From a virus (lineage: Duplodnaviria; Caudoviricetes): a DNA stretch of 64,000 bases. A program made the translations under genes and the position numbers. Below are positions 10,536 through 19,594 of the stretch, in pieces (position 1 is the first letter of the stretch; each line of letters opens with the position of its first letter). The stretch covers positions 96,001-160,000 of IMG/VR virus record IMGVR_UViG_3300028603_000022; one strand, given 5' to 3'. The notes beneath the pieces are model-generated. The model did no database searches. It was given only the letters and a program-made list of their open reading frames with translations, and was not told where the DNA came from.

Positions 10536-10772
10536 CTATCGTTCAAAAGAATCAAGTTCTATCCATCCATTTTCTTCTAGTTCTTTTCTAGAATAGCGGA
10601 AACCTCTTTTCCCATCTTCCCCCAACATTGTCAAAGAGTTGGAATTATTTTCTTCAAACTCTTTTATAGAGACTTCACGGGTTTTATAAGGAATATGGCT
10701 CCCGTTTTCTTCTTTTGAAGAAATTTTTGTGTATTCCTGTCCCATCACTATGATTTTAGTCATCATGTTCAT
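10536..10772 (-). CDS. Hypothetical protein
   Basis: ORF in packed operon. Confidence 0.6.
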   Translation of the reverse strand: MNMMTKIIVMGQEYTKISSKEENGSHIPYKTREVSIKEFEENNSNSLTMLGEDGKRGFRYSRKELEENGWIELDSFER

Positions 10773-11403
10773 CCTCTATAGATACGTCCATGTAGCTTAG
10801 TTCTCCTAGACACACAAACGTGGTTCCCCGCTCTTCTATAGTCATTGTTTTATGCCAATGCCCGAACACCCATAATTCAGGTTGATGGAAATAAAACATA
10901 GATTCCAAAGCCCATCTGGTTACGCTAGGTTTTTGATGTTTCGCCTTATCATGTCCCATTATCTTATCAGCGATAGATGACGGACAATCGTGTGTAACCA
11001 CGATTCTAGGTTTCAACTCTACGTATTTGTCTACTATAGCGTAGAGTTCCTTGGTTGAACATTCTTCGTCAGCCCACCAATTTACACCTTCCTCACGTCG
11101 ATGTTTGTCTACAGACAACGCCCCTCCAACGTAGAAAACACCGTCTATAAAAGACCCATCTGGAATCCAATATGGATGTTTCCGACAGCTTTCAGGGTTA
11201 TCATGATTACCACGAATGAAGTAGTGCTTTCCCTTTGACATAGCGTCAAAGGGTGGGTTAGCCAGAGGAAAGAGGTCTTCACCAATACGCTGTTTGAAAC
11301 CTATCCCCATATCACCTACTTGGACACTGTAGTCTACGTCACGAATACGCTTCCTATAGGCTTTGAATTTTCCATGAACGTCTCCGATGAAGCGTATTTT
11401 CAT
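10756..11403 (-). CDS. Calcineurin-like metallophosphoesterase
   Basis: GDVHG, VGDMG, RGNHD, THD, GHWH. Confidence 0.9.
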   Translation of the reverse strand: MKIRFIGDVHGKFKAYRKRIRDVDYSVQVGDMGIGFKQRIGEDLFPLANPPFDAMSKGKHYFIRGNHDNPESCRKHPYWIPDGSFIDGVFYVGGALSVDKHRREEGVNWWADEECSTKELYAIVDKYVELKPRIVVTHDCPSSIADKIMGHDKAKHQKPSVTRWALESMFYFHQPELWVFGHWHKTMTIEERGTTFVCLGELSYMDVSIEDEHDD

Positions 11404-11412
11404 TTCGTTCTC

Positions 11413-11676
11413 CTATATGTATCCAAGATTCCTAGCTACGATAGCCGGATGAATACCCTGCAACGTAGACATGGAATGCTTCTCAATACGGCATGAATAC
11501 CCAGCTTTTTCAATGTCACGCTTAACTACATGGGCCACATACTCACCGTAGTATCCGAATACACCGTATCCAAGCTCGGGATGGGCTGTAATAACCCTAT
11601 GTGTGGCCATAGGATCGTTGATAGGTAGAGAACAATGTTTCGTAACCATGTATATCCTCCTACGTCCAGAAAACAC
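11413..11676 (-). CDS. Hypothetical protein (likely start ATG 11649)
   Basis: SD AGGAGGA before MVTKH. Confidence 0.6.
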   Translation of the reverse strand: MFSGRRRIYMVTKHCSLPINDPMATHRVITAHPELGYGVFGYYGEYVAHVVKRDIEKAGYSCRIEKHSMSTLQGIHPAIVARNLGYI

Positions 11677-12046
11677 GTTTAAGCTTGAAACCTGTTATTG
11701 CATCCATACAACCACGACACGGTTTGGCTGTACCTATCTTGTTTGTATTGGTTACTCGCAAATTGTACAACTCGCACTGTTTCAAAATGTCTGGTCCCCA
11801 TAGATTGAGAACCTTTATCAAAGCGTCAATTTCCGAATGGATGAAAATCTTCTTATCGGAAACGTAATCGAAATTCAGCATCATTGGGTGTGTTTTCAGT
11901 TTGTTAACCCCTATGGAAAGAATCTTGTTTTTATTAACAATTGCCGTGGCGTGTCTGGAAGTCTTCACCAACGTTTTCTGTGAACACGCCACTGCAAACA
12001 GTTTGTTCATCACATTGTCATTCGACGTTTTCCAGTTTGAAGTCAT
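11660..12046 (-). CDS. Cytidine/dCMP deaminase-family zinc protein
   Basis: HSEIDAL...KPCRGC. Confidence 0.8.
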   Translation of the reverse strand: MTSNWKTSNDNVMNKLFAVACSQKTLVKTSRHATAIVNKNKILSIGVNKLKTHPMMLNFDYVSDKKIFIHSEIDALIKVLNLWGPDILKQCELYNLRVTNTNKIGTAKPCRGCMDAITGFKLKRVFWT

Positions 12047-12053
12047 ATCGTAT

Positions 12054-12302
12054 TCACGGCCGATTAGGATCGGCTTCGGTGTTGAAATACGTAACTCCAT
12101 GAGGGAATACGCCGAGGATCAAATCACCGTTAGCGAGTCTAAACCATTTCCATCCAGAACGCCCATTATCTCCAATGTCCTGATCGAGAACCATTATTGC
12201 TACGTCGAGGTCAGCCTCGGCAACAGTGGCGAGCAGCATCGGGGTTTCCAACGTTTCTCCAGTTTCAATGTCTTCCGTTTGGAAAATCTGCTCCACGTTC
12301 AT
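12054..12302 (-). CDS. Hypothetical protein
   Basis: SD AAAGGA. Confidence 0.65.
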   Translation of the reverse strand: MNVEQIFQTEDIETGETLETPMLLATVAEADLDVAIMVLDQDIGDNGRSGWKWFRLANGDLILGVFPHGVTYFNTEADPNRP

Positions 12303-12327
12303 TTCCTTTCAAGTTCCAGAAACGACA

Positions 12328-12355
12328 AGAAGGCGGGAAACGTTTCCCGCCTTCT
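12328..12355. terminator. Perfect palindrome / terminator after the basic early gene
   Basis: AGAAGGCGGGAAAC-GTTTCCCGCCTTCT. Confidence 0.6.
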
Positions 12356-12374
12356 GCCATTGGTTGAATTGGTG

Positions 12375-12887
12375 TTACTGGATCGCGGTGACGACCGGCG
12401 CCTTGTTGTTGAACTTGACCATAAACGTCGATCCCGAACGTTCGATCTTGGCGGTCCCGGTGGAACGGACGGACAAAACGTCGAGGCCGTTCTTTTTCAG
12501 GAGACGGGAAACCGAAGACTTGATCTTGTCGGCGTCATCGGTACGACCCTTCAACCTGATGATGGCGGCGTGGGCCTTTTCCGCGCGGCGGAGAACCGCC
12601 CTTTCCACCTTGTCCGAGTTCGCGGCGGCCTTCACCTTGCGCGCCACGCGCTTCGACTTCTCGGTCTTCTCCGACTTTTCCGACTTGGTGGAAGCCTTCG
12701 AGACCGGACGCCCCTTCATCAGCGACGTGAGATTCTTCCGAACCTGATCGACGATGGCGTCGCGGGTATCTTCGGACGGGTTGTCCATGAACGCGCGCAT
12801 CCGGCCGTCCGACAGCGACTTGGTGACGGCGCCCATGATCTTGGTGTGCGGGGCGGCCTTACGGGTGGTCTTCGACTTGGTGGTCAT
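12375..12887 (-). CDS. Lys/Arg-rich, GC-rich early protein (histone-like)
   Basis: Very basic 170 aa; host-like G/C third positions; SD AAAGGA; own sigma70 promoter. Confidence 0.7.
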   Translation of the reverse strand: MTTKSKTTRKAAPHTKIMGAVTKSLSDGRMRAFMDNPSEDTRDAIVDQVRKNLTSLMKGRPVSKASTKSEKSEKTEKSKRVARKVKAAANSDKVERAVLRRAEKAHAAIIRLKGRTDDADKIKSSVSRLLKKNGLDVLSVRSTGTAKIERSGSTFMVKFNNKAPVVTAIQ

Positions 12888-12931
12888 GGTGTAGTCCTTT
12901 CGTTTGGGTTTATGTGAATCTCTATGATTCC

Positions 12932-12960
12932 AATATACGATATGAGGAAAGGGAAGTCAA
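12932..12960 (-). promoter_or_regulatory. sigma70 early promoter
   Basis: TTGACT-17 bp-TATATT with A-tract UP element. Confidence 0.8.
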
Positions 12961-13025
12961 GCCTTTTTATGAAAAAATCTGCATTTTTTGACTCCCCCTT
13001 ATGACCCCAAAAGGCTCCATGTTTT

Positions 13026-13415
13026 TCAAACGTTTTTCAGACCCCTCATTATGACCCCGTATGGACGCACCTCAACAAGGGACATTGTGAGGGCTTCCTC
13101 AAACGTGACTCGTCCCTCGTTCTTTTTGTCATCCAGACAATCCAGCTCTTTGGATAAAAACACGTCGATGATCTTTTCATAAGCGTAAACAGTGAATGCG
13201 CCTTTATCAGATATGTTCATAGCCATTCGATAATGTTTCACCAATTTCCGAAGAGCGGTTTTATTGACTACGATATCTATATCCTTACACTCTTTTACAT
13301 TGTGAGAAGTAACCGCGCTTCCCACAAGAATCGCATCCTCTTTCACCAAGGACAGAACCTTAGCTACAGAAGGGAACAGTTTCTTTTCAGACTTTTCCTT
13401 AGGCATAGTAGTCAA
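13026..13415 (-). CDS. Minimal nucleotidyltransferase-like protein
   Basis: LVGSA...KDIDIVV...IIDVF pol-beta motif. Confidence 0.6.
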   Translation of the reverse strand: MTTMPKEKSEKKLFPSVAKVLSLVKEDAILVGSAVTSHNVKECKDIDIVVNKTALRKLVKHYRMAMNISDKGAFTVYAYEKIIDVFLSKELDCLDDKKNEGRVTFEEALTMSLVEVRPYGVIMRGLKNV

Positions 13416-13427
13416 TCCTGTTGAGTA

Positions 13428-13685
13428 TCACCAGTCCAATAAGAGAACACTGGCTAGAGGAATCCACGATATTAGCATGATAACCAATGTTACGGTTGTC
13501 AGCTTGTTCGCAAATTTAGACGTGTACGTCTTACGATAAACCCCGTCGGAATCCTCAGCCATTCGATGATTGTCCGTGACGTAGTTTATCATAGTAGTCA
13601 CTCCCCAAAACACGCAGGACCATCCGAAAGCCTTCCCTGCAAGAAGCGGGAATACGTAGAACAAAAGAATACCCATCTTATTCAT
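13428..13685 (-). CDS. Membrane protein
   Basis: Two hydrophobic segments; SD AAAGGA. Confidence 0.6.
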   Translation of the reverse strand: MNKMGILLFYVFPLLAGKAFGWSCVFWGVTTMINYVTDNHRMAEDSDGVYRKTYTSKFANKLTTVTLVIMLISWIPLASVLLLDW

Positions 13686-13702
13686 CCTTTCAACGATTTA
13701 TA

Positions 13703-14041
13703 CTAGTAGACTGTATCGACTGTATGCTCACAGTCTTCCACTTCAAACCAGCTACAGGAAGGACTGGACCGTTCAATGTCGATACAACGTAGGTACGCTT
13801 CTTCCACGTCAAACGTGTATATACCGGAATGACGTTGGTTCATACTATTTATTTCCGCCATTCCGAATTGATATCCACCCGCTGTAGGCATGATACGGAT
13901 TTCAAAGATCGGTTTGATATGATTATCGAAAGAGCTGACCCTTCCGAAAATGAGCTTTATAGCTCCAAGGGTTTTCAGTCGTTCGATGAATCCTTTTTCA
14001 TCGTTGGTGGAAAGTTCCAAATTTCCAATATTGGCGAACAT
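13703..14041 (-). CDS. Hypothetical protein
   Basis: SD GAGGT. Confidence 0.65.
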   Translation of the reverse strand: MFANIGNLELSTNDEKGFIERLKTLGAIKLIFGRVSSFDNHIKPIFEIRIMPTAGGYQFGMAEINSMNQRHSGIYTFDVEEAYLRCIDIERSSPSCSWFEVEDCEHTVDTVY

Positions 14042-14107
14042 TTGTTTACCTCTTTTTATTTATTGATGTCAGGAAAGGGGGATTGGTTTGATGTACAGCC
14101 AGGTTTC

Positions 14108-14440
14108 CTAATGCAAAACGATTGGTGTTTTGAATAGCTCGTCCATCCATTGCTGTATGATTTCATGTTCAACCAAACCCTGAAACCCAAACGTGATCGG
14201 CCATTGCGTTTCATATCTGTTTCTCGGATATCGATCTCGCCGGATCCCGAAATTCCGCTTCATATAAGACAGGAAAGGTTCAACTCTATAAACAGGAGCC
14301 TCTCCGATATAGTCTCCATTATGGGATATAAATTCATATCTCCCGTTATTGTAGAAACCCACACCGGCTAAGCACAGCTTGTAGATTGCCATGTGTTCAG
14401 GTGAAACAGCGATCTTCTCAACGTTTAGACGGATGGTCAT
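14108..14440 (-). CDS. Hypothetical protein
   Basis: SD GAGGA before ATG 14440. Confidence 0.6.
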   Translation of the reverse strand: MTIRLNVEKIAVSPEHMAIYKLCLAGVGFYNNGRYEFISHNGDYIGEAPVYRVEPFLSYMKRNFGIRRDRYPRNRYETQWPITFGFQGLVEHEIIQQWMDELFKTPIVLH

Positions 14441-14478
14441 CTTAATCCTCATTTGGTTCTGTTGGTAGACAATGACTG

Positions 14479-14772
14479 TTAAATCACAGCCTTTATGTGG
14501 TTCCTGTAGTCGGACAGAATTTTGTGGATCATTTCTGCCTGCTTTTTGTCTGCGAAGTAGTAGGCGGTTCGGTGGTTGTTCTTTTTGACGATGAACGGCC
14601 ACGTCGTGTTGGTGTACGGAATTTCATCCCCACCTAAATCACCATACCTATCATAAAAGACTTCTGTTTTTAGATAGAGAGCGTCTTTCGACTTTTTAAC
14701 CGGGTAGACCCTGTAGCTAAGGCCGACCAAATTGTATTGAAAGAAATAGAGGGTATTAGGAAGTTCGGCCAT
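14479..14772 (-). CDS. Hypothetical protein
   Basis: SD AGGAG before ATG 14772. Confidence 0.6.
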   Translation of the reverse strand: MAELPNTLYFFQYNLVGLSYRVYPVKKSKDALYLKTEVFYDRYGDLGGDEIPYTNTTWPFIVKKNNHRTAYYFADKKQAEMIHKILSDYRNHIKAVI

Positions 14773-14776
14773 TATA

Positions 14777-15148
14777 TTAGCTCCTAGGCAAATCACGTTC
14801 TAGAATGTCTTCCAGAACTACTTTGGACATTTTCAGGTCTTCGATCATCTGGCCTTGTGGAAACAAGGGTTCAACCATTTGAATGAGCCGTTCCATGACT
14901 TCCTTTCTGTATGCCAGACGTTCTCTTATTTTGGTATAAGTTTTCTTATCGATAATAATACCATCAGCGATATCTTCGTCCAGCTCGGTGTATGAAAACT
15001 TGACTTCGATAACGTCTCCCATGTCATTCCAGTCAACGCTCTCAAGCGTCAATGGTTCATCATCGATTACGAATGATAGATCAGCCGTATGACCATGAGC
15101 CTCTTTAACGCGATTCGTAAGAGTCTTGATGAATTTATTGGCGTCCAT
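14777..15148 (-). CDS. Hypothetical protein, first leftward early gene
   Basis: SD AAAGGA. Confidence 0.7.
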   Translation of the reverse strand: MDANKFIKTLTNRVKEAHGHTADLSFVIDDEPLTLESVDWNDMGDVIEVKFSYTELDEDIADGIIIDKKTYTKIRERLAYRKEVMERLIQMVEPLFPQGQMIEDLKMSKVVLEDILERDLPRS

Positions 15149-15312
15149 GATATTTTCCTTTCACAACGTTTGGGAAGGGTGGACTTGACAGTCCACCTAA
15201 CCGAAGCGTTGCTTAGTAAAAGAACTACTGCTCCCGTGGGAAACCTTTTGGAGGGCGGCTTTTACACCACCAACGTTTGAAGGTTTCGCACACGTCCCTG
15301 TGGGGACGAATC

Positions 15313-15341
15313 ATCATAACATGATTCGGGGGGATTGTCAA
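15313..15341 (-). promoter_or_regulatory. sigma70 early promoter (leftward)
   Basis: TTGACA-17 bp-TATGAT. Confidence 0.8.
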
Positions 15342-15463
15342 ATGGACCGGGTTGCGGGAAACCCTTGCGAATTGTTCAAACGTCGAAAATCGTGAGAAAC
15401 CGTTGGGAGAACGTTCTGTAAACGTTTGAACATATCCACCGCCAACCCCTGATTTTGATGGGG

Positions 15464-15492
15464 TTGACACGGACCCCGAATCAGTGTAAAAT
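15464..15492 (+). promoter_or_regulatory. sigma70 early promoter (rightward)
   Basis: TTGACA-17 bp-TAAAAT. Confidence 0.8.
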
Positions 15493-15572
15493 GTGTGTGA
15501 TCCCAATGGGTTGGGGAACCTTGACGGATTGTTCAAACGTTTGAATCCCCTAATTGAAAGGACTCTCTCAAC

Positions 15573-16460
15573 ATGGCACGTATTTCCAACCGTGATCGCG
15601 TTCTCGATATCGTGGACAGCATGTCCAAGAAGCTTCAGGGCGAAGTCGCGAACCTTCTCGAATCCATCATCGATCTCCAGGCGTCGGAAGACCTTTCCGA
15701 TCTGGAAGACGCAACTGCGTCGTCTTCGCGTCGGAACAAAGCCGACAAGAAGTCGAAGAAGAAGGTGAAGGACGAAAAGCCGGCCAAGCGCGGCCGGAAG
15801 AAGAAGGATGAAGACGACGAGGATGAGGCGCCGAAGAAGCGCAAGTCGAAGAAGTCGAAGCCCGAACCTTTTGACGGCACGCCGACCCTCGATGACTGTT
15901 ACGACTTCCTTTCGGAATTTGAAGGGGAGCCAGTCGAGGGCGGCATTCGCGAACTGAAACCGGAAGTCAAGAAGCTGGGCGGTGATCCCGACCTTCTGAC
16001 CGAAGGTATCGAGTCCCGTTCTGAACGTTCGGAAGAACTCGGTATGTTCATCGCCGCCAACAACGCTCTCGCAGCGAAGCTGAAGCTGCACGATGCGGAA
16101 GACGTTGGTGAACTCGCCGAAGAACTCGGTATCGACGTGGACAAGGTGAAGACCAAGGGCAAGCAGATCGCCGCCATTCTGGTCGCGCTGAACTCCGATG
16201 AAGAGCCGGACGACGACGAGGAAGACGAAGACGACGAGGACGAAATCGAGGAAGAAGACGACGAGGACGAGGAAGAAGACGAGGCGCCGAAGAAGCGCAA
16301 GTCGAAGAAGTCCAAGTCCAAGAAGGAAAAGTCTTCCAAGGGCAAGAAGCGTCGTTCCAAGAAGGACGAGGAAGACGAGGAAGACGAGGAAGACGAGGAA
16401 GACGAGGAAGATGACGACGATGGCCTCGACGATATCGACGATATCGACGACCTCGACTAA
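15573..16460 (+). CDS. GC-rich early protein with alternating acidic and Lys-rich low-complexity tracts
   Basis: 295 aa; duplicated EDEAPKKRKSKKSK block; GACGAGGAA tandem repeats; SD AAAGGA. Confidence 0.8.
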   Translation: MARISNRDRVLDIVDSMSKKLQGEVANLLESIIDLQASEDLSDLEDATASSSRRNKADKKSKKKVKDEKPAKRGRKKKDEDDEDEAPKKRKSKKSKPEPFDGTPTLDDCYDFLSEFEGEPVEGGIRELKPEVKKLGGDPDLLTEGIESRSERSEELGMFIAANNALAAKLKLHDAEDVGELAEELGIDVDKVKTKGKQIAAILVALNSDEEPDDDEEDEDDEDEIEEEDDEDEEEDEAPKKRKSKKSKSKKEKSSKGKKRRSKKDEEDEEDEEDEEDEEDDDDGLDDIDDIDDLD

Positions 16461-16477
16461 TCTTCGATAACTGAAAC

Positions 16478-16508
16478 GAGAAGCGGGGTCTAATCCACCC
16501 CGCTTCTC
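16478..16508 (+). terminator. Terminator-like hairpin
   Basis: GAGAAGCGGGG...CCCCGCTTCTC. Confidence 0.6.
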
Positions 16509-16525
16509 AACTATCGGCGGTTACG

Positions 16526-16693
16526 ATGAAACGTTTTCAGAAAATGATTGACGAGGCGGTATCGGATATGCAGCGCGAAAACAGTGAAATCGCTCTGCAA
16601 GCAGCAATTGAATTGATGTTATCAGACTTTTCAACCTACGACGTTGTAACCAAGTTACGTGCATGGGCTGATTACCTAGATGAACGTAGGTAG
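16526..16693 (+). CDS. Small hypothetical protein (55 aa, not in ORF track)
   Basis: MKRFQKMIDEAV...LRAWADYLDERR. Confidence 0.5.
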   Translation: MKRFQKMIDEAVSDMQRENSEIALQAAIELMLSDFSTYDVVTKLRAWADYLDERR

Positions 16694-16703
16694 GAGAATA
16701 ACA

Positions 16704-16892
16704 ATGGAACGACCGAAAGAGCTGGATGTACCTCATTGGGCTGGCTCGATGGTGGATAACTATCGTCGCAGTCTCAACCTTCCTCAACGTGTAACAGATC
16801 GTATGATCTACGCGCGACTGGAAGAATGTCGAGGAATGCAACTGGAAGACATTGAAGAAGCGGTAAAAGATCTTATTGAAGAAACCGCCTAA
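16704..16892 (+). CDS. Hypothetical protein
   Basis: SD AGGAGA. Confidence 0.65.
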   Translation: MERPKELDVPHWAGSMVDNYRRSLNLPQRVTDRMIYARLEECRGMQLEDIEEAVKDLIEETA

Positions 16893-16919
16893 TTAAAGCG
16901 AAAATAAAGGAACAGAACC

Positions 16920-17126
16920 ATGACCAAATACGTGATTGAAAAGCACCTTCGTGAAGGTTCCTACGTTTACGCGGATGGTGGCGCTGATTGTGTTGGCAAA
17001 GGTTTCAGGTGTGTCAACAAAGACGAGAAGGGCTTCTATGTCGATTGCGAGGAAGGTAAACATTACCTCGCTCCCGACGTTCCGAATGGAGAAATTATCG
17101 GTTTCTCCATCAATCCTCTTACCTAG
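16920..17126 (+). CDS. Hypothetical protein
   Basis: SD AAAGGA. Confidence 0.65.
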   Translation: MTKYVIEKHLREGSYVYADGGADCVGKGFRCVNKDEKGFYVDCEEGKHYLAPDVPNGEIIGFSINPLT

Positions 17127-17204
17127 GCAGTCAATCTAGGAGTTACTGATTTGTAATCAAGAAGCTGTAAACCGTAAATTAATAATGATGAAAGGATGAC
17201 TAAG

Positions 17205-17396
17205 ATGAGCAGGATTTCGATCACCGCCAAACGAGTGAAGGAAACCAAGGGGGCGTATCAGTATTCGGAAACGGATGAAGACGGAAACGTGATTGAGGAT
17301 TTCCGTGATACCAAGATCGGCTCCTTCTACATTCGGAAAGACGCTCTGGACGGAAAGAAAGGGCCGAAGGAAGTCACGTTGATCGTGAAATGGTAG
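17205..17396 (+). CDS. Small hypothetical protein
   Basis: AGGATGACTAAGATG start cassette; KETKGAYQYSE. Confidence 0.7.
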   Translation: MSRISITAKRVKETKGAYQYSETDEDGNVIEDFRDTKIGSFYIRKDALDGKKGPKEVTLIVKW

Positions 17397-17491
17397 TTCT
17401 AATTCCGTGAAAAGGATAAACACCATGAAGCGCTACAGACATTGGATTTATGGGTTCTTTTTAAGCAGCAATCAGGCTGCGGAGAAGAACC

Positions 17492-17776
17492 ATGAGCAGA
17501 ACCAACCGTTTCATTCCTTTTTGGGCGCGTAATGATTATACCAATTGGGAATTGACCAGACTTGGAATTGATGAGAACTACGTAGCAGGTAAAGACCCTC
17601 GGGATGCGTTGAAGAATGGTTATGACGGTGTGAGTCAATCGTATTACTATAACGGGTTTCCCACTAAGGGATGGCGTGAGAATTATCAACGTAAGACCAG
17701 AATGTTTTTCAAACGGAAATACCACAAACAGTTCAGGCAGCAACAGAAGCAGGAAATAAGGGGTGGGGAGGACTAG
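17492..17776 (+). CDS. Small basic protein (MSRT...FKRKYHKQFR)
   Basis: SD GGAGA lies inside a hairpin. Confidence 0.65.
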   Translation: MSRTNRFIPFWARNDYTNWELTRLGIDENYVAGKDPRDALKNGYDGVSQSYYYNGFPTKGWRENYQRKTRMFFKRKYHKQFRQQQKQEIRGGED

Positions 17777-17817
17777 TCCTCCCGCTTCCTTCCTTAGATG
17801 AACAAAGGATCAAGACG

Positions 17818-18462
17818 ATGAATAGATTTTTCGCGGCTACCATGTTCTTCTTTATCGGTTCAACAGTTTCATATTCCGCCACATCTACTCAAGCGGTGGA
17901 GGTTTTCGACTGGACTATCGCGAAAGTAATTCAAAATTATAACAAAGCAACCGCCTGTGTCATGTTCAAAGGACTTGAACAAAGGGCTGCGTTCATGTTC
18001 CATTATAAGTTAGAACATGACTCTATAGAAATATCCTTACACAAAGAAACATGGGATATACCGCCTGGTGCTCGGACTTCCATATACATGTACTTTGGCA
18101 ATGAAACTCCATGGAGTTTAGAAGTTTCTCCGGCGGGTCCTACAGGACTCATATATAGGCTTTCGTCAAACGGTAAAGACTATGTAGATGCGGGCCTTTT
18201 TATTCACGAACTTAGAACTACCCATAAACTACGTATCCAGTTTGGTGGGTCCGAGCCTGATTGGGAAATGTCATTGATGAACAGTGACACAGCCTTCATG
18301 GAATTTCAAAGATGCGCAAGAGAAATAAAAGGTCAACATACACAGCCTTTCAATTCTATCCCGCCGAAACTTCCTGAAAATACTCAACCATTCAACGATA
18401 TGGAACACCGCATTCCTTTGTCACCTGTTTTACCTAGACCGGGAGAACCAAGGAAGTTTTGA
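17818..18462 (+). CDS. Exported/periplasmic protein
   Basis: Signal peptide, Cys pair, Pro-rich tail. Confidence 0.65.
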   Translation: MNRFFAATMFFFIGSTVSYSATSTQAVEVFDWTIAKVIQNYNKATACVMFKGLEQRAAFMFHYKLEHDSIEISLHKETWDIPPGARTSIYMYFGNETPWSLEVSPAGPTGLIYRLSSNGKDYVDAGLFIHELRTTHKLRIQFGGSEPDWEMSLMNSDTAFMEFQRCAREIKGQHTQPFNSIPPKLPENTQPFNDMEHRIPLSPVLPRPGEPRKF

Positions 18463-18468
18463 CCTTGT

Positions 18469-18497
18469 TTGACAGTCCCTGTCCCATGTGATATAAT
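18469..18497 (+). promoter_or_regulatory. Perfect-consensus sigma70 promoter
   Basis: TTGACA-17 bp-TATAAT. Confidence 0.9.
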
Positions 18498-18556
18498 GGG
18501 ACAGGGGACATACCCGACCATGAAGCTGATGATGTTCAAACGTTAGGATGACTAAG

Positions 18557-19141
18557 ATGGCCTCTATCAACGATCTACGTTCCGTAGTTGAGAATCTCAC
18601 TCCTTCGGATCAGAAATTTGCTCGCTCCTTGCTTGAGCAATACGATCGGCGTCAATCTCTATCTGTCAAGCAGTGGCCATATGTCCAGTCTCTTTATGAG
18701 AAGGCTGTGAAACCCGCCCCCACACAACAAGACCTTCCTGTCACCAATATTGGTGCTATGGGACCGCTTATCGAACTATTCGACAACGCAAAGAGAAGCG
18801 GTATCAAATTCCCCAAAATTCGTTTCGATCATGAAGACCATTCCATTGTACTATCCTTGGCTGGACCGAACGCTCGATTCCCCGGCACGATCAACGTAGT
18901 CTGTGACGAAGTTTGGTTAGGCCGGGTATCACGGGATGGTTTCTATACTAATCCACGCCGGACTGTTGAACCGATCAACGTCAAGGAAGTCCTTACCAAA
19001 CTCGCCGCCGATCCGCTGGAAGAAATGAAATTGTACGGACGGAGAACGGGTAATTGCTGTCTGTGCGGGAGGACATTGACCAACGAAAGCTCAATCGAGG
19101 CGGGTATCGGACCGATCTGTGCGGGCAATTGGGGCGTGTGA
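18557..19141 (+). CDS. DUF6011-like zinc-ribbon protein
   Basis: CCLCGRTLTNESSIEAGIGPIC. Confidence 0.75.
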   Translation: MASINDLRSVVENLTPSDQKFARSLLEQYDRRQSLSVKQWPYVQSLYEKAVKPAPTQQDLPVTNIGAMGPLIELFDNAKRSGIKFPKIRFDHEDHSIVLSLAGPNARFPGTINVVCDEVWLGRVSRDGFYTNPRRTVEPINVKEVLTKLAADPLEEMKLYGRRTGNCCLCGRTLTNESSIEAGIGPICAGNWGV

Positions 19142-19142
19142 A

Positions 19143-19397
19143 ATGAGGAAAACGCTGAAATTCAGTCGGAAGGTTTTCGAAGGAATTACCGCCCGCGTGT
19201 TGGCTTCCATCCTGATTGTCATGGTGTTTGCCCACATTTTGACAATGTACGGAAAATACACACTGGCCGGTGGAAACGAATTGAAGGTTTTCATCGATCA
19301 AGAAACTGGCGTCCACTACATAGGTTCATCGCTACTCGGACCTACTATGGTTCGAATGGACGCCGCTGGAAACGTTGTAACGGAAAAGGAATATTGA
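19143..19397 (+). CDS. Single-TM membrane protein
   Basis: Hydrophobic segment then DQETGVHY. Confidence 0.6.
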   Translation: MRKTLKFSRKVFEGITARVLASILIVMVFAHILTMYGKYTLAGGNELKVFIDQETGVHYIGSSLLGPTMVRMDAAGNVVTEKEY

Positions 19398-19398
19398 T

Positions 19399-19587
19399 AT
19401 GGCCAAGGTTTACATCGACTTCAACGACAAAAACGGCAAGCCCATTCGGCAGGCCGAAATTGCAACGGGTGGAGACAGCGCCTACGTACTCCACGACATT
19501 CAAAACTACCTGCACGAAGATGGGGAGTTCTCAAACGTTCCGAAAGGAACAAAGGAGATTGTCATCCGCATCCCTTGTGATATGTAG
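19399..19587 (+). CDS. Hypothetical protein
   Basis: SD AAAGGA. Confidence 0.6.
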   Translation: MAKVYIDFNDKNGKPIRQAEIATGGDSAYVLHDIQNYLHEDGEFSNVPKGTKEIVIRIPCDM

Positions 19588-19594
19588 GTGAAAA

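Noticed and set aside
11901-12917. 338-aa + strand ORF
   Set aside because: Antisense shadow of GC-rich minus-strand genes that have SDs and a promoter
15515-15541. EcfG-type promoter GGAAC...CGTT
   Set aside because: Spacing of 18 nt is longer than the usual 16-17 and it overlaps the TTCAAACGTT repeat
15225-16470. Alternative-frame ORFs (15225-16091, 15899-16360, 16198-16470)
   Set aside because: By-products of the low-complexity GC-rich gene 15573-16460
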